From: Octopus sinensis | Lineage: Eukaryota | Assembly: GCF_006345805.1 (NCBI RefSeq) | Contig: NW_021833676.1 | Span: 10,597-74,596, forward strand | DNA: 64,000 nt | Reading direction: 5' to 3' | Shown here: piece after piece, positions 1 to 13,942 of the stretch | Numbering within the stretch: the stretch's first letter is position 1 | How the letters are laid out: each line of letters opens with the position of its first letter | Translations under genes and position numbers: made by a program | The notes under the pieces: generated by a model | The model's database searches: none | Seen by the model: only the letters and a program-made list of their open reading frames with translations | What the model was told of the DNA's origin: nothing

Positions 1-45
1 TTTAACAATAAGATTTTGCTTACAAGGATACAAAATTAGTAAATT

Positions 46-525
46 ATTTTCCGGTTCAGCTGTCCATTTTATTGCGATTTGATGTTCAGACGGACTGCAA
101 AATCAGTGTGCCTCATAAGAATGGATCGAAACTGTGGAATATTAGGGTGCTATTTCATGCAAGTCGAACAAATAGTTAGGGATATTTTGTAAATAAATTT
201 TCTGTGACTGAATCAATTATGCCTCATATATAACTTGCTATGTACATAACATAATCTATTATATATACTCTTTACTCTTTTACTCTTTTACTTGTTTCAG
301 TCATTTGACTGCGGCCATGCTGGAGCAGCGCCTTTAGTCGAGCAAATCGACCCCGGGACTTATTCTTTGTAAGCCCAGTACTTATTCTATCGGTCTCGCC
401 GAACCGCTAGGTGACGGGGACGTAAACACACCAGCATCGGTTGTCAAGCAATGCTAGGGAGACAACACAGACCACACACACACACACACACATATATATA
501 TGTATATATATATTATATATATATA

Positions 526-574
<49 letters not shown>

Positions 575-962
575 TACGACAGGCTTCTTTCAGTTTCCGT
601 CTACTAAAGCCACTCACAAGGCTTTGGTTGGCCCGAGGCTACAGCAGAAGACACTTGCCCAAGATGCCACGCAATGGGACTGAACCCGGAACCATGTGGT
701 TGGTTAGCAAGCTACTTACCACACAGCCACTCCTGCGCCTATTTTCCGTTTCACCTTTCCCTTTTAATGTGATTTGATATTCAGACGGACTACAAAATCA
801 GTGTACTTCATAAGAATGGATCGAAACTGTGGAATATTAGGGTGCTATTTCATGCAAGTCGAGCAAGTAGTTAGGGATATTTTGTAAATAAATGTTCTGT
901 CTCTGAATCAATTATGCTTCATATATAACTTGCTATGTACAGAACATAATCTATTATATATA
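46..962 (+). repeat. ~212 bp direct repeat pair (46-257 and 741-962) bracketing the SINE
   Basis: Hand alignment gives about 17 mismatches in ~212 nt (~92% identity). Both copies abut the SINE ends. Confidence 0.9.
258..742 (-). mobile_element. tRNA-derived SINE, family A, full length
   Basis: Minus strand starts with a tRNA-like head (GGCGCAGGAGTGGCTGTGTGGTAAG...GGTTCAGTCCC). It has an internal (CA)n/(TA)n tract, a 3' CCAGCATGGCC motif and an (AAGAGTA)n tail. Near-identical copy at 15564-15979. Confidence 0.9.
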
Positions 963-1178
963 TAAATTTTCGCAATGAATTTGGCAAAAGTCTTTATAGT
1001 CGGTTTATGTAGCCTTTCGTATTTAGACCACTTAAAAATAAATGAATGTTATTGACCACTAAAGATCGACTAATGGCACTGTGAGTAATACTAATTTTCA
1101 AATCACAGTTTAGTGGTTTTCCAATCCTTAACTTTCAATCGCCAAATATATGTGCATCGTTATGCAAGTATATAGACA

Positions 1179-1216
<38 letters not shown>

Positions 1217-1300
1217 TCTCTTTCTTTCTTTCTAGCTATCTATCTTTCAACCTAAGCATACACATGGATAAATGAATATGTATATGTATATATATGCATA

Positions 1301-1351
<51 letters not shown>

Positions 1352-1420
1352 ATACATATATATGTATATACATAGAAATATATAGTATATTGTATATATA
1401 CATATGCATACAAATATATA

Positions 1421-1476
<56 letters not shown>

Positions 1477-1959
1477 TATATACATACATATATACATTAT
1501 ACATACGAATACACAAGCATATTTTTGCATATATATATTATATATATATATACATATGATTTCTCATGACTCATGATAGTCCTCAACACACATACGCTTT
1601 CCTACACAACCACACACGGGCACTCACTCACACATACACACACATACACAGAAGTTAATGTTTCAAATCTTAACATACATTCAAATTTTTTTAATCTACA
1701 CTCACCTTTTTTTGTTTATTTAGTATCTTTTACACAAGAAATCCGTCCTATTAGATATTCAGCATCATATTTGATATCTCACTTTATAACAACCTCGAAT
1801 AAAATAGGGTTAATCGTTACATCGAGAACATTACACCAAGACATCATAAATATTATCGAAATGTATTAAATATGAATGAGCAGTGCAAAGGAGGGTTTCA
1901 CATTGTACTGACAAACTCAAACAACTATTGAAGACGTTTCACTTTTTCAGACAAGAGCT

Positions 1960-2225
1960 AAGATACATGGCACCATTACGAAACAATTATAAAATTCAGG
2001 TGAACATACAGAAGAGAAACCTAAGTGTTTCATAGGTTTTTATAACTCTTCACAAATATTGTAAAATATACGATGGCACTAATTTTGTGAACGATGCTCA
2101 AAGCGTCCATTAGACATATTCTTAATGATTTTTCTATTATATTTGATTAAATATCGATGATGCTGTCTTACGTCCATTAACTACGGGAATCTTGAAACAA
2201 GTTGATCAGTAATATTTCATATATA
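1960..2225 (+). repeat. Unclassified dispersed repeat, copy 1 (copy 2 at ~8650-8915)
   Basis: Shared core ACTCTTCACAAATATTGTAAAATATACGATGGC...GCTCAAAGCGTCCATTAGA. Roughly 80% similar over ~260 bp by eye. Confidence 0.75.
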
Positions 2226-2649
2226 TCCGTACAGAAAAAAAAAAAGAAAAAGGAACTTATACATGAACTTATACGCACATAAAACACACACACACACTCA
2301 CACATAAACACAAACACAAACACATGCACATACACACATGCATACGTACACATACTTATGCATAAAAATGTTTGAGTGTGATGTCATGCTGTTTACTTTC
2401 CCACGTGCCTACTTAGCAAAATTGCGTCGAGACATCCACTTCTTTCATTATCTGATGACACACGCATATATATACATATCCATAGAAACATACACATACA
2501 TTTATATGCATATACATAGAAACATACACACACACACATATATATATATACATAGAAACATACGCACATACGTATATACATATACATAGAAACACACACG
2601 TATATATACATAGAAACATACACATACACATATTTACATACCATTTGTG

Positions 2650-2940
2650 AAGTTTATTGTAGCTTAGTGATTAGTTGGATTCCTGGCATCGTGTTGTGTC
2701 CTTGAGCAAGACACTATATTTCACGTTGCCCCCATCCACTCAGATGGCAAAAATGAGTTGAACCCCTAATTCACACGTTGCCAACCCTATCACATTCTGT
2801 GTCGCAGTGAATATCTCTTAGAGCTACTTAATATATACGCGTATCTTTAGAGTGATCAGCCAACTGGACGTTAATCTCACAAGTAAGCTGTTCCGAGAAT
2901 CGGATCTACTGGCACCGTCTTCGTAACCGAGTGAGTGCCA
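2650..2940 (+). mobile_element. Diverged mosaic SINE (family D-like centre, family B-like tail)
   Basis: GTGTTGTGTCCTTGAGCAAGACACTATATTTCACGTTG matches 63530-63570. The 3' part (GAGTGATCAGCCA...CGTAACCGAGTGAGTGCCA) matches the 23190-23294 tail. Confidence 0.65.
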
Positions 2941-3205
2941 GTCGGTGAAAGCGAGATAAGCTCAGTAAAAGAAAAATCAAAAAGAAAACACAGAAACACA
3001 CTCACTAATAATGCTTGAATGAATTTGAACTTAAAATCCAACTTCTGCAAGTGTAGACCCCACAACGTCAAGATAAATCCAAATAGAGCGGATATAGAGA
3101 TGGTGATTACGTAAAATTCGACTTCCTGAAACAGCTGTCGAGTCAGCACATTGAATAACGCTTTTTGTTATTCTCTATTTATGATAATCCACGTGAATAT
3201 ATAGA

Positions 3206-3600
3206 TACGAGTGGTAGTCTAAAATTCTCCGTACTCTCGCGGTAGCATATTATTATTGTCACACTGCTTTCTGCGCAAGGGTGCTATTGTAGTCACGTGA
3301 TCGAAGTTTGAGCCACATCGCGCCATTTTCTTCCTGGCTTTGCAGTGTAACCATGGGTGCTCCACTATCAATGTGCACCAAAGAAGAACAAAGAGCAGTG
3401 ATCCCATATCTCTGGTCGGAAGATGTGTCAGGTGCTGAAATTCGTCGGAGGCCTTTAGCACAAAACGGAGACAGTGCACTACCGTGTAGGAGTGCATATG
3501 AGTGTATCGAGTAATTTAAAAGTGACCGGTCAAGCGTGACGCAAGAAGAGGGAGAGGATGCCTGTCAAACCCCACCTCAGCAAGCTCAAGAGATGGTTCA
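3206..3600 (+). mobile_element. Mariner transposon 5' remnant with decayed N-terminal HTH transposase
   Basis: TA-CGAG start at 3206. ATG at 3353 gives MGAPLSMCTKEEQRAVIPYLWSEDVSGAEIRRRPLAQNGDSALPCRSAYECIE*FKSDRSSVTQEEG, then QQAQEMV, resembling the mariner transposase N-terminus. Confidence 0.85.
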
Positions 3601-3615
3601 CTATTACCAACTCTC

Positions 3616-3740
3616 AGATCACTACACTTTGTTCTTCCATGGTGCACGTTGCTAGTGGGACGGCCATGCTTATACTGTCAATGCAGTAGGAAAGAAAGCA
3701 CGATGAGGCTCAAACTTCGATCATGTGACCACAGTAGTAC
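3616..3740 (-). mobile_element. Second, inverted mariner 5' remnant
   Basis: The reverse complement matches 3285-3395 (GATCGAAGTTTGAG... leader). ATG at 3667 gives MAVPLATCTMEEQSVVI. Confidence 0.8.
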
Positions 3741-4761
3741 CAACTCTGTTGGCCGATACTACATTCATGAAATTGATTGAACGGCAAATGTATATTAGAC
3801 AATCAAATGGACGGGTTTATATCCATGGTTGTATCTGGGTTTTGTTTTTCCATAACGGCGATTTGAAAACGCCGTTCGAATTTTCACCGATAGAAATTTC
3901 CTCTATATCTAATCAGGACGTGGGTTGATATAAATAATGTTCCTTTTGAGAAATTACCATTAATGTATGATTTATTGAATATCATTTCGGTATGTCTTAA
4001 TTATACCGCATGAAAACGACTCTTCATTTATAATGCATTCCATGGATTTTACAAATTAGAACTTTATCTTATATCTGTTCAATTACGTCTTCAGTTCTTC
4101 AGATTTTTCAAAACTAAATTTACCAAAATTAAAGGTAATAGAAATTATTCCATTCTTTTATAATTCCATTCATCTCCGTTTGTCTGTCCTAACTTTTGTT
4201 ATATTCGAACCGAAGCGTTTCCGTCACAACTTTTACTACGGAACTTTCGGAAGTGCATAATGAGACCAAAGAAGATCAATTGTCTCGACCAAGTATATTA
4301 CATGTCTGGATAGAAGAGTTGTCTTTCTTTGTAGACAATTCTACTTCTCCTGTTATGGAGGAAGAAAGGAGTAATAACACAACTTAGTTCAAAGGTTATT
4401 ATTGAAATTACAAACTTCGACCTGATACGAGACCGGTTAATATGAATCATTAACACACAAACATACACCCACACAGAAACACGCATATATACGCGAATAT
4501 GTAGCTATATGTATATAAGTGAAAATATACATGAGTATATATACATACATATATATACAAATACATATATACATACATACATACATATATATATACACAT
4601 AAATGTATATATACACACTTATACATATATACATATAAATATACATATATATACTTACATATACAATACACACACATATATATATATATATTTATATATC
4701 TACACATATATATATATATTATAAATTATGTATATATATACATACACACGCACACACACAC

Positions 4762-4827
<66 letters not shown>

Positions 4828-5747
4828 TACATATATATATGTAAGTATATATACATACATATATACACGTATATACACATAGACTGGTGTTCTTGTCAGT
4901 TGTTTATGGAGAAGTTTGTGAAATATATTTGTTTTTGACGTCGGTATTAAATAATATCATTAATAATTATCATTTTCATTAAATATTATGAGACGTTTTT
5001 AATTAACATCATTAAGGGGCATTAATTATTTCTCTTAAATTATAAAGTGCCAGCTATGCTCATGTTTTATGGCCCTTATGTAATTTGCAAGGCCTATTAA
5101 GTTTCCCTTGCGATGTAACGTCTCCGCTTCTATTGCACATAATAGGCAAAATAATGTTTCATTCGAACGATCTTTGGCGCAGCCACACACACAGTTGCAC
5201 GCGAGCTTGCATACACACACACACACACACATATGTACCATACTCTCAGACATACAAACAAATACATACGAGCACAGGCACACTTTGACATACGTACGCA
5301 TGTGAATGAATCAATACATGTGAGTATAGAAGTCGGTGTATGCATGTAATACGTCGAAGTGTATAGACATTGCATATAGTGTACGTATTATATATCTTGC
5401 TGTGTGTGTATTTGTATTTAATCACATACATACATGTAGAAATGCCTGTGTGTATGTCTATGTTTGTACCAGTTACATATATGTGTATTTATGTGTGTGT
5501 CTGTGTTGAGTGGATCTCAGCATCTGTCATGTGTGAGTGCGTGTATAAATGCACGTATATATTAAGATATATTTTATATGTTTCTTCCAGTAACCAATAT
5601 ATGCATGTATATTGTGATCATATCAATACATGTATACAGTCACACAAATACACAGACATACATACAGACATACACACACACACACACACAGACGCACGCC
5701 TATATATATAATCATACGTGTGCATACACGCACTCACTCAGACCACT

Positions 5748-5975
5748 ATTTTATTTATTTATTTATTTTTATTTTATTTTGTTTTATCTAGTTTCAGCTC
5801 ACGAGCTGTGGCCATGCTGGGGCGCCGCCATTTGGTGTTGCTACATGATTTTACTTCACGAATGCTTTTTAGCAAATGCCATTTGGTGCATGAGAGAGTT
5901 CGACGAAGCTGCCCTCATCTGCACCTCCTGCCGTGAAGTTGGTTCATCTGGGACACCTGACAGGAAGAGATCCAG
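5748..5975 (-). mobile_element. CR1-like LINE, extreme 3' end
   Basis: Minus strand encodes LDLFLSGVPDEPTSRQEVQMRAASSNSLMHQM, homologous to the ORF2 end at 35218-35343. It is followed by a 3' UTR with CCCCAGCATGGCC and an (ATAAA)n-type tail. Confidence 0.85.
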
Positions 5976-6018
<43 letters not shown>

Positions 6019-6184
6019 CATATGCTTATATCAATATACACACATAAGCTTATATCTATATACACATACGCACATATTTTTCTATTGAGTATCTGATGTT
6101 CTAGTTTATTTTTATGAAGTTGAGATTTTAATATATTTGTACTAAAGTGAAAGTAATCGAAATCTACTCGAAAGGCACCAATCG

Positions 6185-6285
6185 GCGCTTGGCTACCGTA
6201 GAAGACACTTGCCCAAGATTTCACGCAGATTGATCGAACCAGGTACCATGTGGTTGGAACCGTTGTTTATGAATCATACGTATAA
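6185..6285 (-). mobile_element. Family A SINE head, diverged fragment
   Basis: GTAGAAGACACTTGCCCAAGA...GAACCAGGTACCATGTGGTTGG matches 645-705. Confidence 0.65.
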
Positions 6286-6707
6286 ACTTTGCCAACGGCT
6301 ATATATACGTAGTCGGAATTTACAAAAAAAAACCCTAAAACACAAAAGACGAAGACATAAATATATATGCCTTAAGATGGCGTTTATTGTTTATTTCTGT
6401 TCTCTTGCAACTCATAAGTGTTTTCACTTTCTTTTTATAAGATGCATCACACTTTAACATATATTCGCTTACTTTTTCTTGCGTTGGCATATTTATCTAC
6501 AATGTACACTTCGTATCTCGTTGTTTGTGTGGGGGAGAGAGCTTATAATTCAATATCATGAAAATTACGTTTTCTATTAATATCTATGTTTAAGCATACC
6601 TATAAAAAATACGATGATTTGATGGCAGTCTCTCGTAGTCTGCGAAAGACGTTTCTGACATTTCTTGTGCAACAAACTGAACAATTCATTCGTTTATACT
6701 ATAAGTT

Positions 6708-7198
6708 TTGGGGCGACCAAGGTTTTTTCACAGGGGGCCAGATAACAGAATGACGAGCGCGAGCCATATAACCATTTTGTTCAATACCGTATACTAAATA
6801 CACAAAAAAAACAACCAACATATTTATTTACCAAAAATTTATCAAAGCAGACAACGTTAGCAATAAGATACTTCTATCATACCCCGTGCACACATATCCG
6901 AATGTCACAAACTAAGCATGAAAAATGGTTAATGAAGATTATGAAACCGGTGTTTTGCTTTTAAGATATCATCAATATTTGCTTTGGAATTGCTGCATCC
7001 AACCAAGAGAATTGCTTTCAGATGTTTATCAAACATTCTTCATCATTGAAAATGGTTGCTCACAGACATAAGTTGTTCCAAACTCTGGTGCCATATCAGA
7101 GGCGAATGAACTCTCATTGCAAGTACATACATAAAAGGTACAGTGCGGCGGCAGGCTGAATGAACTGACCTCGCGGACCGTAAATTGGTGATTCCTGG
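6708..7198 (-). mobile_element. hAT (Charlie/SPIN/Buster-like) internally deleted DNA transposon
   Basis: Minus 6929-7090 encodes FGTTYVCEQPFSMMK...HLKAILLVGCSNSKANIDDILKAKHRFHNLH*, resembling the hAT C-terminal dimerisation domain. The terminus CCAGGAATCACCAATTTACGGTCCGCGAGG resembles Charlie/SPIN TIRs. The left end is approximate. Confidence 0.75.
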
Positions 7199-7710
7199 TT
7201 TATAGTGTCCTATACATTACTTCCCTCCCGCCATCAAATTGATGGAACGGGGGCTCTGTGCAACAAACGTCATATGTAGATTTGAAACCACGATTCGCAA
7301 TCGGGCGTGCAACACACCAACCACCACGCCATACGTATACTATGATTTGCAAAAAACCTTTGAAACCGAAGTTTATGTTGCTTAAAGATTTGTGAAACAG
7401 ATGTAAGTGATGTATTAAGGAAAGTTGTTGTTAGAAGATTCCAACCCCGATTATCTTCAGATGGAGCAGTGAATAGTGGCCGCTTCCTCCACACGTTTGT
7501 ACAGTTACAAAATTCGTTTCTTCTCTCTGGGATTTTGTTGAGCGAATAGGATGGATATTTGTGTTTTTTCACAGATTTTGGTCTATCAAATTCACTCAAA
7601 ACAATTGTTACCCGGAAACATAGTAGAAGACAGTTCTTCAGGATATTACGAAATGAAATTGTGGATTTGAAGTAAAATCTAAATGGTTGCCAAAGTTACA
7701 TTTGTTTTAG

Positions 7711-7773
<63 letters not shown>

Positions 7774-7903
7774 TTTTATACATTGATGATTGATTGATTG
7801 AATCAATCAATCAATCAATCATCAATGTATAAAAATACAAACTGGGACAAGAACGCAAAACATTTTGAAGACGATCTCCCTCTCTCTCTCTCTCTCTTAT
7901 ATT

Positions 7904-7945
<42 letters not shown>

Positions 7946-8649
7946 GTGTGTGTGTGTGTGGATGGGGTAGAAAGGGCTCCTTAGCCGTAGTGAAGGCAAT
8001 CTATCTAGGGAGATAACCTTACAATAAATCACTCGGTCCGTAGCTTAGAAATACTGGGTTGACATCCAGCGGGAACAGCTTTGTTTCGTGGAGGAGGAAA
8101 GATCTTCTTTAGTACTTGGTTGTACAATGCTTTCCAATGTGTGTAGTAGTGGCGCGCGCACACATTATTAGCCATTTGAAAAGACTATGGAATTTAGTCT
8201 CGACCACGGTCGAACAATGATGAATGATGATGATGATGTGGGTGTGGTTTATGTGTGTCTATGTGTGTGTGTGTTTATTTTCTTGGTATGTTGAAATATG
8301 TGCGTGTGTGTCTGTGTGTTAGTTTTAGGGGCCTTTATGAAATTAATTATTCAGACACACAAGAATATCTTTCGTCATAATTGACTACTTTCAATATCGT
8401 TCAACTTGTGTATTTGACTCCTTTCAGAATGTATCATTTGAAACAACACCCTCTTGAATATCTTCCCACGTATTATAAAAAAAAAGTTTAACAACAGCAG
8501 CATTGAGAACATTACAAGAACGCATAGGATACGATGGTAGAATTGTTTTCTTAGTATGACTCAGCAAAGTAGAATTCAAAATAAAAACATATACTTAAAA
8601 CAGCGTTTATTATACTTTCTGTAGAAACTTCATTATTTCAAAGGCGTGT

Positions 8650-8915
8650 GCTAAACTATACGGCATCATTAGCAAATAATTCTAAAACTCTGATGAACTT
8701 ACATGAGCGACATAAAAATGTTTCGTATATTTTTTATTACTCTTCACAAATATTGTAAAATATACGATGGCATTAATTTCGTGAACGTTGCTCAAAGCGT
8801 CCATTAGATATATTCCCAACGATTTTTCTATTATGTTTGATTAAACATTGAAAATTTCTACCGAGCATCCATTAGGTACGTGACTCTTGAAACTAGTTGT
8901 TCAGTAATAGTTCAT
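8650..8915 (+). repeat. Unclassified dispersed repeat, copy 2 (see 1960-2225)
   Basis: Same core sequence as 1960-2225. Confidence 0.75.
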
Positions 8916-9207
8916 ATATATATATATACAAACTTGTCTTCATGTGTACACACATAGCTACTTCGGTACAAACCTTACACAATACACACTTACAAACAGG
9001 CATAGATACATACAGATACACATACGTACATATATACATACATGCGTCAATACATACATATATATACATGCATATATACATATATAATTACATATATACA
9101 TAGATACATACATATATATATACATGCATACATATATACATACATATATACATGCATGCATACATATAGACATGCATATATATACATGTGCATATATATA
9201 TATACAA

Positions 9208-9239
<32 letters not shown>

Positions 9240-9402
9240 GTATATATACATATGTACATACATATATACATAAATACATACATACATAGATATATATACG
9301 TATATAAATAGTTACCTATATATACATGCATACAGTGCTACTTAAATACAAAACACATATTTACATACACACATACATATCTACCTACACAGATAAAAAT
9401 AT

Positions 9403-9446
<44 letters not shown>

Positions 9447-10233
9447 ATATATATATATATATAATATATATGTAGTATATATATATATATATGTATATAT
9501 ATATGCATATATATATATTTGTATTGTGTATATGTATTTGTATGTTCTGTTTTTTCGAAATATTTTGATGTCATTAAGTTGCATCTTACTACAGTAGAGC
9601 TGGAAGCATTATGTCCATACATCACTGTTACATCTCTCGACACACACACACACACGCACACACATATACACACACACACATGCACACACACACACACACA
9701 ACACCTTATTTATTTCATTGTGCTTATATAAGCAAATGTATATATGACAAGTACTTCAGTAAAAGCTGAAATCAGACATTTTCGGCACCTACGCCAAAAG
9801 TTTCTCTAGATTGACCACACCGCCGTCTACAAGCTAGGATTCTTGTGGTTACGCAAGTGTGGTTTGAACTTGGTCGCTACGGTTTCAAATTTTGGGCTAC
9901 GTACTTACTGCGCACTGAGAACCGGTCATTGACAAGGTTTAATCAGAATTGAGTTTAGGAAGGGAAGAATGATGGGAAATTCTCATGAACGAGACACTGA
10001 TTTCGGGTGAGTGAAACGAGGCGTAAGATATGGAAACGAAACGCGGCTGAGAAGTACGCGGGGAGTAGAGTGAGGGAAGAAAAGGAAAAAGAAAAAAAGG
10101 AAAAAAAGGGGAAGAAAACGATCAATAGGGATCGTGTATAACAGAAATGTCATGATGTAAAGTATAAAGGGGAAAGGCTGTATAGATATTAGAGTAGCCT
10201 TGCTTTTTTTAATGTTATTACGCAAAAAAATCA

Positions 10234-10324
<91 letters not shown>

Positions 10325-11098
10325 ATATATATATATATATATATAGTAGTAATATTGGTGTATAAAAGTTAAATGTGGAATCGTCCTTCAATTGGAGATT
10401 TCCAAAAAGGATTTCTAATGTTGGTTCTTCATACTTTGCTGTGAGTTTACAGGAGTAAATTTGAGAAGATATGAAAGTAGTATTTATGGAATGAAATTCC
10501 ACAAATCCCATCAATTTTGTTAAGAATGGAGGAAACAAGTTGTTAAAATTTATAAGGAGTTTAATTCTTGCAGACGATTGTTTCGTACAAAGATGTAATA
10601 ATATAAATTCATGATTGAGTGAAATGAAATAAATATCAACGCAGTCTATATATAAAGAAAGAAAGAGAGAGAGAGCGAAAGAGAGAGAGAGAGAGAGAGA
10701 GAGAGGGGGAGGGAGAGAGAGAGAGAAACATCCTGAAAGTAAAGAAGTTATGGGTAAAGAAATTGCGCTGCTTTCCGATAAGAAATACATGAAAATGTAT
10801 TCAGTAATATATTGTAATGTATAAAATAAGTTACCTACGCGCAGCATCCGTGCACGCAGAAAGGCAAGCATGCACATACATAAGTACATATGTGTACGTC
10901 AGTCTCTCTGTGTGTGTATGTATGTTTTTTCTCTATGTGTGTCGCCGTATGTATTATAATTTAGACAATAAAATGTACTGTGATTATTAGTGACACGAAA
11001 CGTTGAGTCGTAAAAATGAGATGTCATTATTATTCATACACATGTACACACTTGTACACATACATACTTCTGCACATTCATGCATACACACAACACGT

Positions 11099-11146
<48 letters not shown>

Positions 11147-11933
11147 CAGAGAGAGAAATAGAGATATATATACATATACGTAAATATATTATATATATAT
11201 ATATGTATATATGTATATATATATATATGTGTATATATATATATATAAATATATAAATATATACGTCATATATCATACATACAGCATGTGTGTGTGTGAT
11301 TGTGTGTGGGCAAGCAGGTATAATGTTATATTTTGTTGTGCATGAGAGAGAAACGGTGAGAAGGAATGTGTTATAACTCTGCAGAATAAGAATGAAAAAC
11401 AAAAGTCATTTGAAACAATTTTATTTAAGCATTAAAATCAAAATTGATAAATCAATTGAATTTAGAATACAATACGTTCAACACTTAGATTTCAAGTTGC
11501 TTAGTTAAATAAAACTCTTTCTCTCTAAATTCCGATATTTGTATTGTTTCAGCTAAACACCAGATTTTGTCTGCAATGAAAACATAAAAAAAAATTGAAG
11601 CAGTGAATTTATAGTTTTATTATATAATTTTCTTGTTGTTCCATACACAAATATCATTACAGAACTTATTGAAATTCGGAAACAAAAGAGAAATTAGAGG
11701 AAAATAGAAGTTCTTCTTCAGGAGAAAATTTTTGATAACTTATTCATAATATTGAAAAATAAAAAAAAAGAAAGAGTAAAAGGTGAAAATTATAAGAGTG
11801 ATAAATCTTCATTTCAAAAGTAAGGTAACGAAAGTTTGTCATTAAAGTCCTTTGCACGTAAAATAAAGAAAAAGAATGACACGTTATAAAATCAAATATC
11901 TTTCTGACAATCTAAGCCTCCATATTGATATTT

Positions 11934-12065
<132 letters not shown>

Positions 12066-12085
12066 TATCTTTCTATCTGTTTATG

Positions 12086-12130
<45 letters not shown>

Positions 12131-12861
12131 ATCTGTCTATCTTTCTTTCTTTCTATCTATCTATCTATCCAGCCATTTATCTATCTACCTATCTATCTGT
12201 TTATGTATGTATATTATATTTATATATATATTATATATATTATATATATATAATATATATATATATATTTAAGCTACAAATCTATCATTCAGTATATGTA
12301 TGTATGCATTATGTATCATCTATCTACCTATCTATCGATCTATCTATCTACCTATTCGTGTCTTTCAATAAACTCTTTCCTTGTTTGATTTCTATTGCTG
12401 GTTACATATTTTTTTTAAAACGATTGTATGAAAGCGCACACTTCAAAATAATCGTTACAATGATATTTTAAAGAGGTTAAACATCAAGTTTTTCAGTGAT
12501 CTTTAATAGAAATAGTCTGTTTCAGAAGAATACCGATTCATTAACGTTAATTTCATATCAATAATTATGCTTCTTGTCATTAATTTTTTTCATATACTTT
12601 GAGTTCTTTCTAGTGATAAAATTCTATATTCACATTGCAGAGGATAAGAAGTATCTCATATTTACATCTGTCAGCGTTAGTCATGGTATTATTACTATTA
12701 GTCTTATCATTCGTGAATAGAAAAATCGAATATCAACATATATATGCATAGCATAGCTATATGTATATGCATACATCCATGTATGTGTATTTATGTATGC
12801 ACGTGCGTATATAACCCTACATATATCTGTGTTTGACTATGTTTGTGTATGTATGTGTTAA

Positions 12862-12903
<42 letters not shown>

Positions 12904-13135
12904 CGTTGCTATATGTTAAACTGTCCAAATTCGGCAAATGCGTTTTTTCTTCAATATTTAATTTTGTTTGCAACAGCCGTTTCTTTTGGTCAAACTATCG
13001 TATCTCCAGGTGCTTCAGATGCAAAGACATCAAAAATTGTCAGAGTGTAGTACACCGGTTTTGCTATGAAATGGTGAAACCGTTTTTGTTTTATGAAGAA
13101 CAACGTTTTGGACTTACGACACTTTTGCATGATAA

Positions 13136-13173
<38 letters not shown>

Positions 13174-13635
13174 TGTGTTTGTGTGTGTGTGTGTGTGTAC
13201 ACATGAATAGAGATATAAGTATTGACATGTACGAATTCATGTATTAGAGCGTATGCCAAATGCAACATAACATCACATTTTATAAACTACAAGAACATGA
13301 CGAACATTGCTTCTACATTGCTAAAACAAAAATCTCTCTCCCTCTCTCAAGTAAGCTTGTTCGTGTGTATGTGTGTCTGTGTCATCAATAATTTAAATTA
13401 TTAACATATTATTACAAATATTTAGCTGCTTTGTAGAAAGAACAATCACCAAGGAAACGTATGTAAATAGCACTGCACATCTCCACGATATAGTGTAGAC
13501 TACTGGCATTCCATTCGGCATTATGTCGAACTGCGAAAATGGCCTCATTGCTCGATATTGGGCCTAATGTTATTTCAACTTCAAGTAACCTAGTCACAAC
13601 AAAACAATGAGTGTATATATATATATATATATATC

Positions 13636-13878
13636 CTTCTTCCTAGCTCACCTGTGTGACTCTTCTACCTGGCATTCACCATGATAAATCACTAGCCACT
13701 AAATCTTTTTTACTATTTTCTCTCCCTTTTTATTTCTGTGTTCCTTTCTGGCAAAGAGCGTAGGCTCGAAACGTAACAGACTTTCTCACTTTCCGAATGC
13801 TAAACTAATACATCTCTGTGTTGTTTACACACCCGTCTTCGTCTTTTGTTGTCTTTTTTTGTAAACTCCCACTACATA
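13636..13878 (+). mobile_element. Penelope-like pLTR-type fragment with variant hammerhead-like motif (13743-13780)
   Basis: CCTTTCTGGCAAAGAGCGTAGGCTCGAAACGTAACAG shows a GAGC/GCTC hairpin, GAAAC and an ACGT palindrome. Homologous to the minus-strand element at 57412-57612 and flanked by (TA)n. Confidence 0.55.
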
Positions 13879-13897
13879 TGATATATATATATATACA

Positions 13898-13942
<45 letters not shown>

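Noticed and set aside
7270-7599. 109-aa minus-strand ORF next to the hAT remnant
   Set aside because: No recognisable motif; it could be old TE debris but cannot be assigned.
12913-13050. 45-aa ORF resembling a signal peptide (MLNCPNSANAFFLQYLILFATAVSFGQ...)
   Set aside because: Hydrophobic runs arise easily in T-rich DNA. There is no strong splice donor, and it lies between microsatellites.
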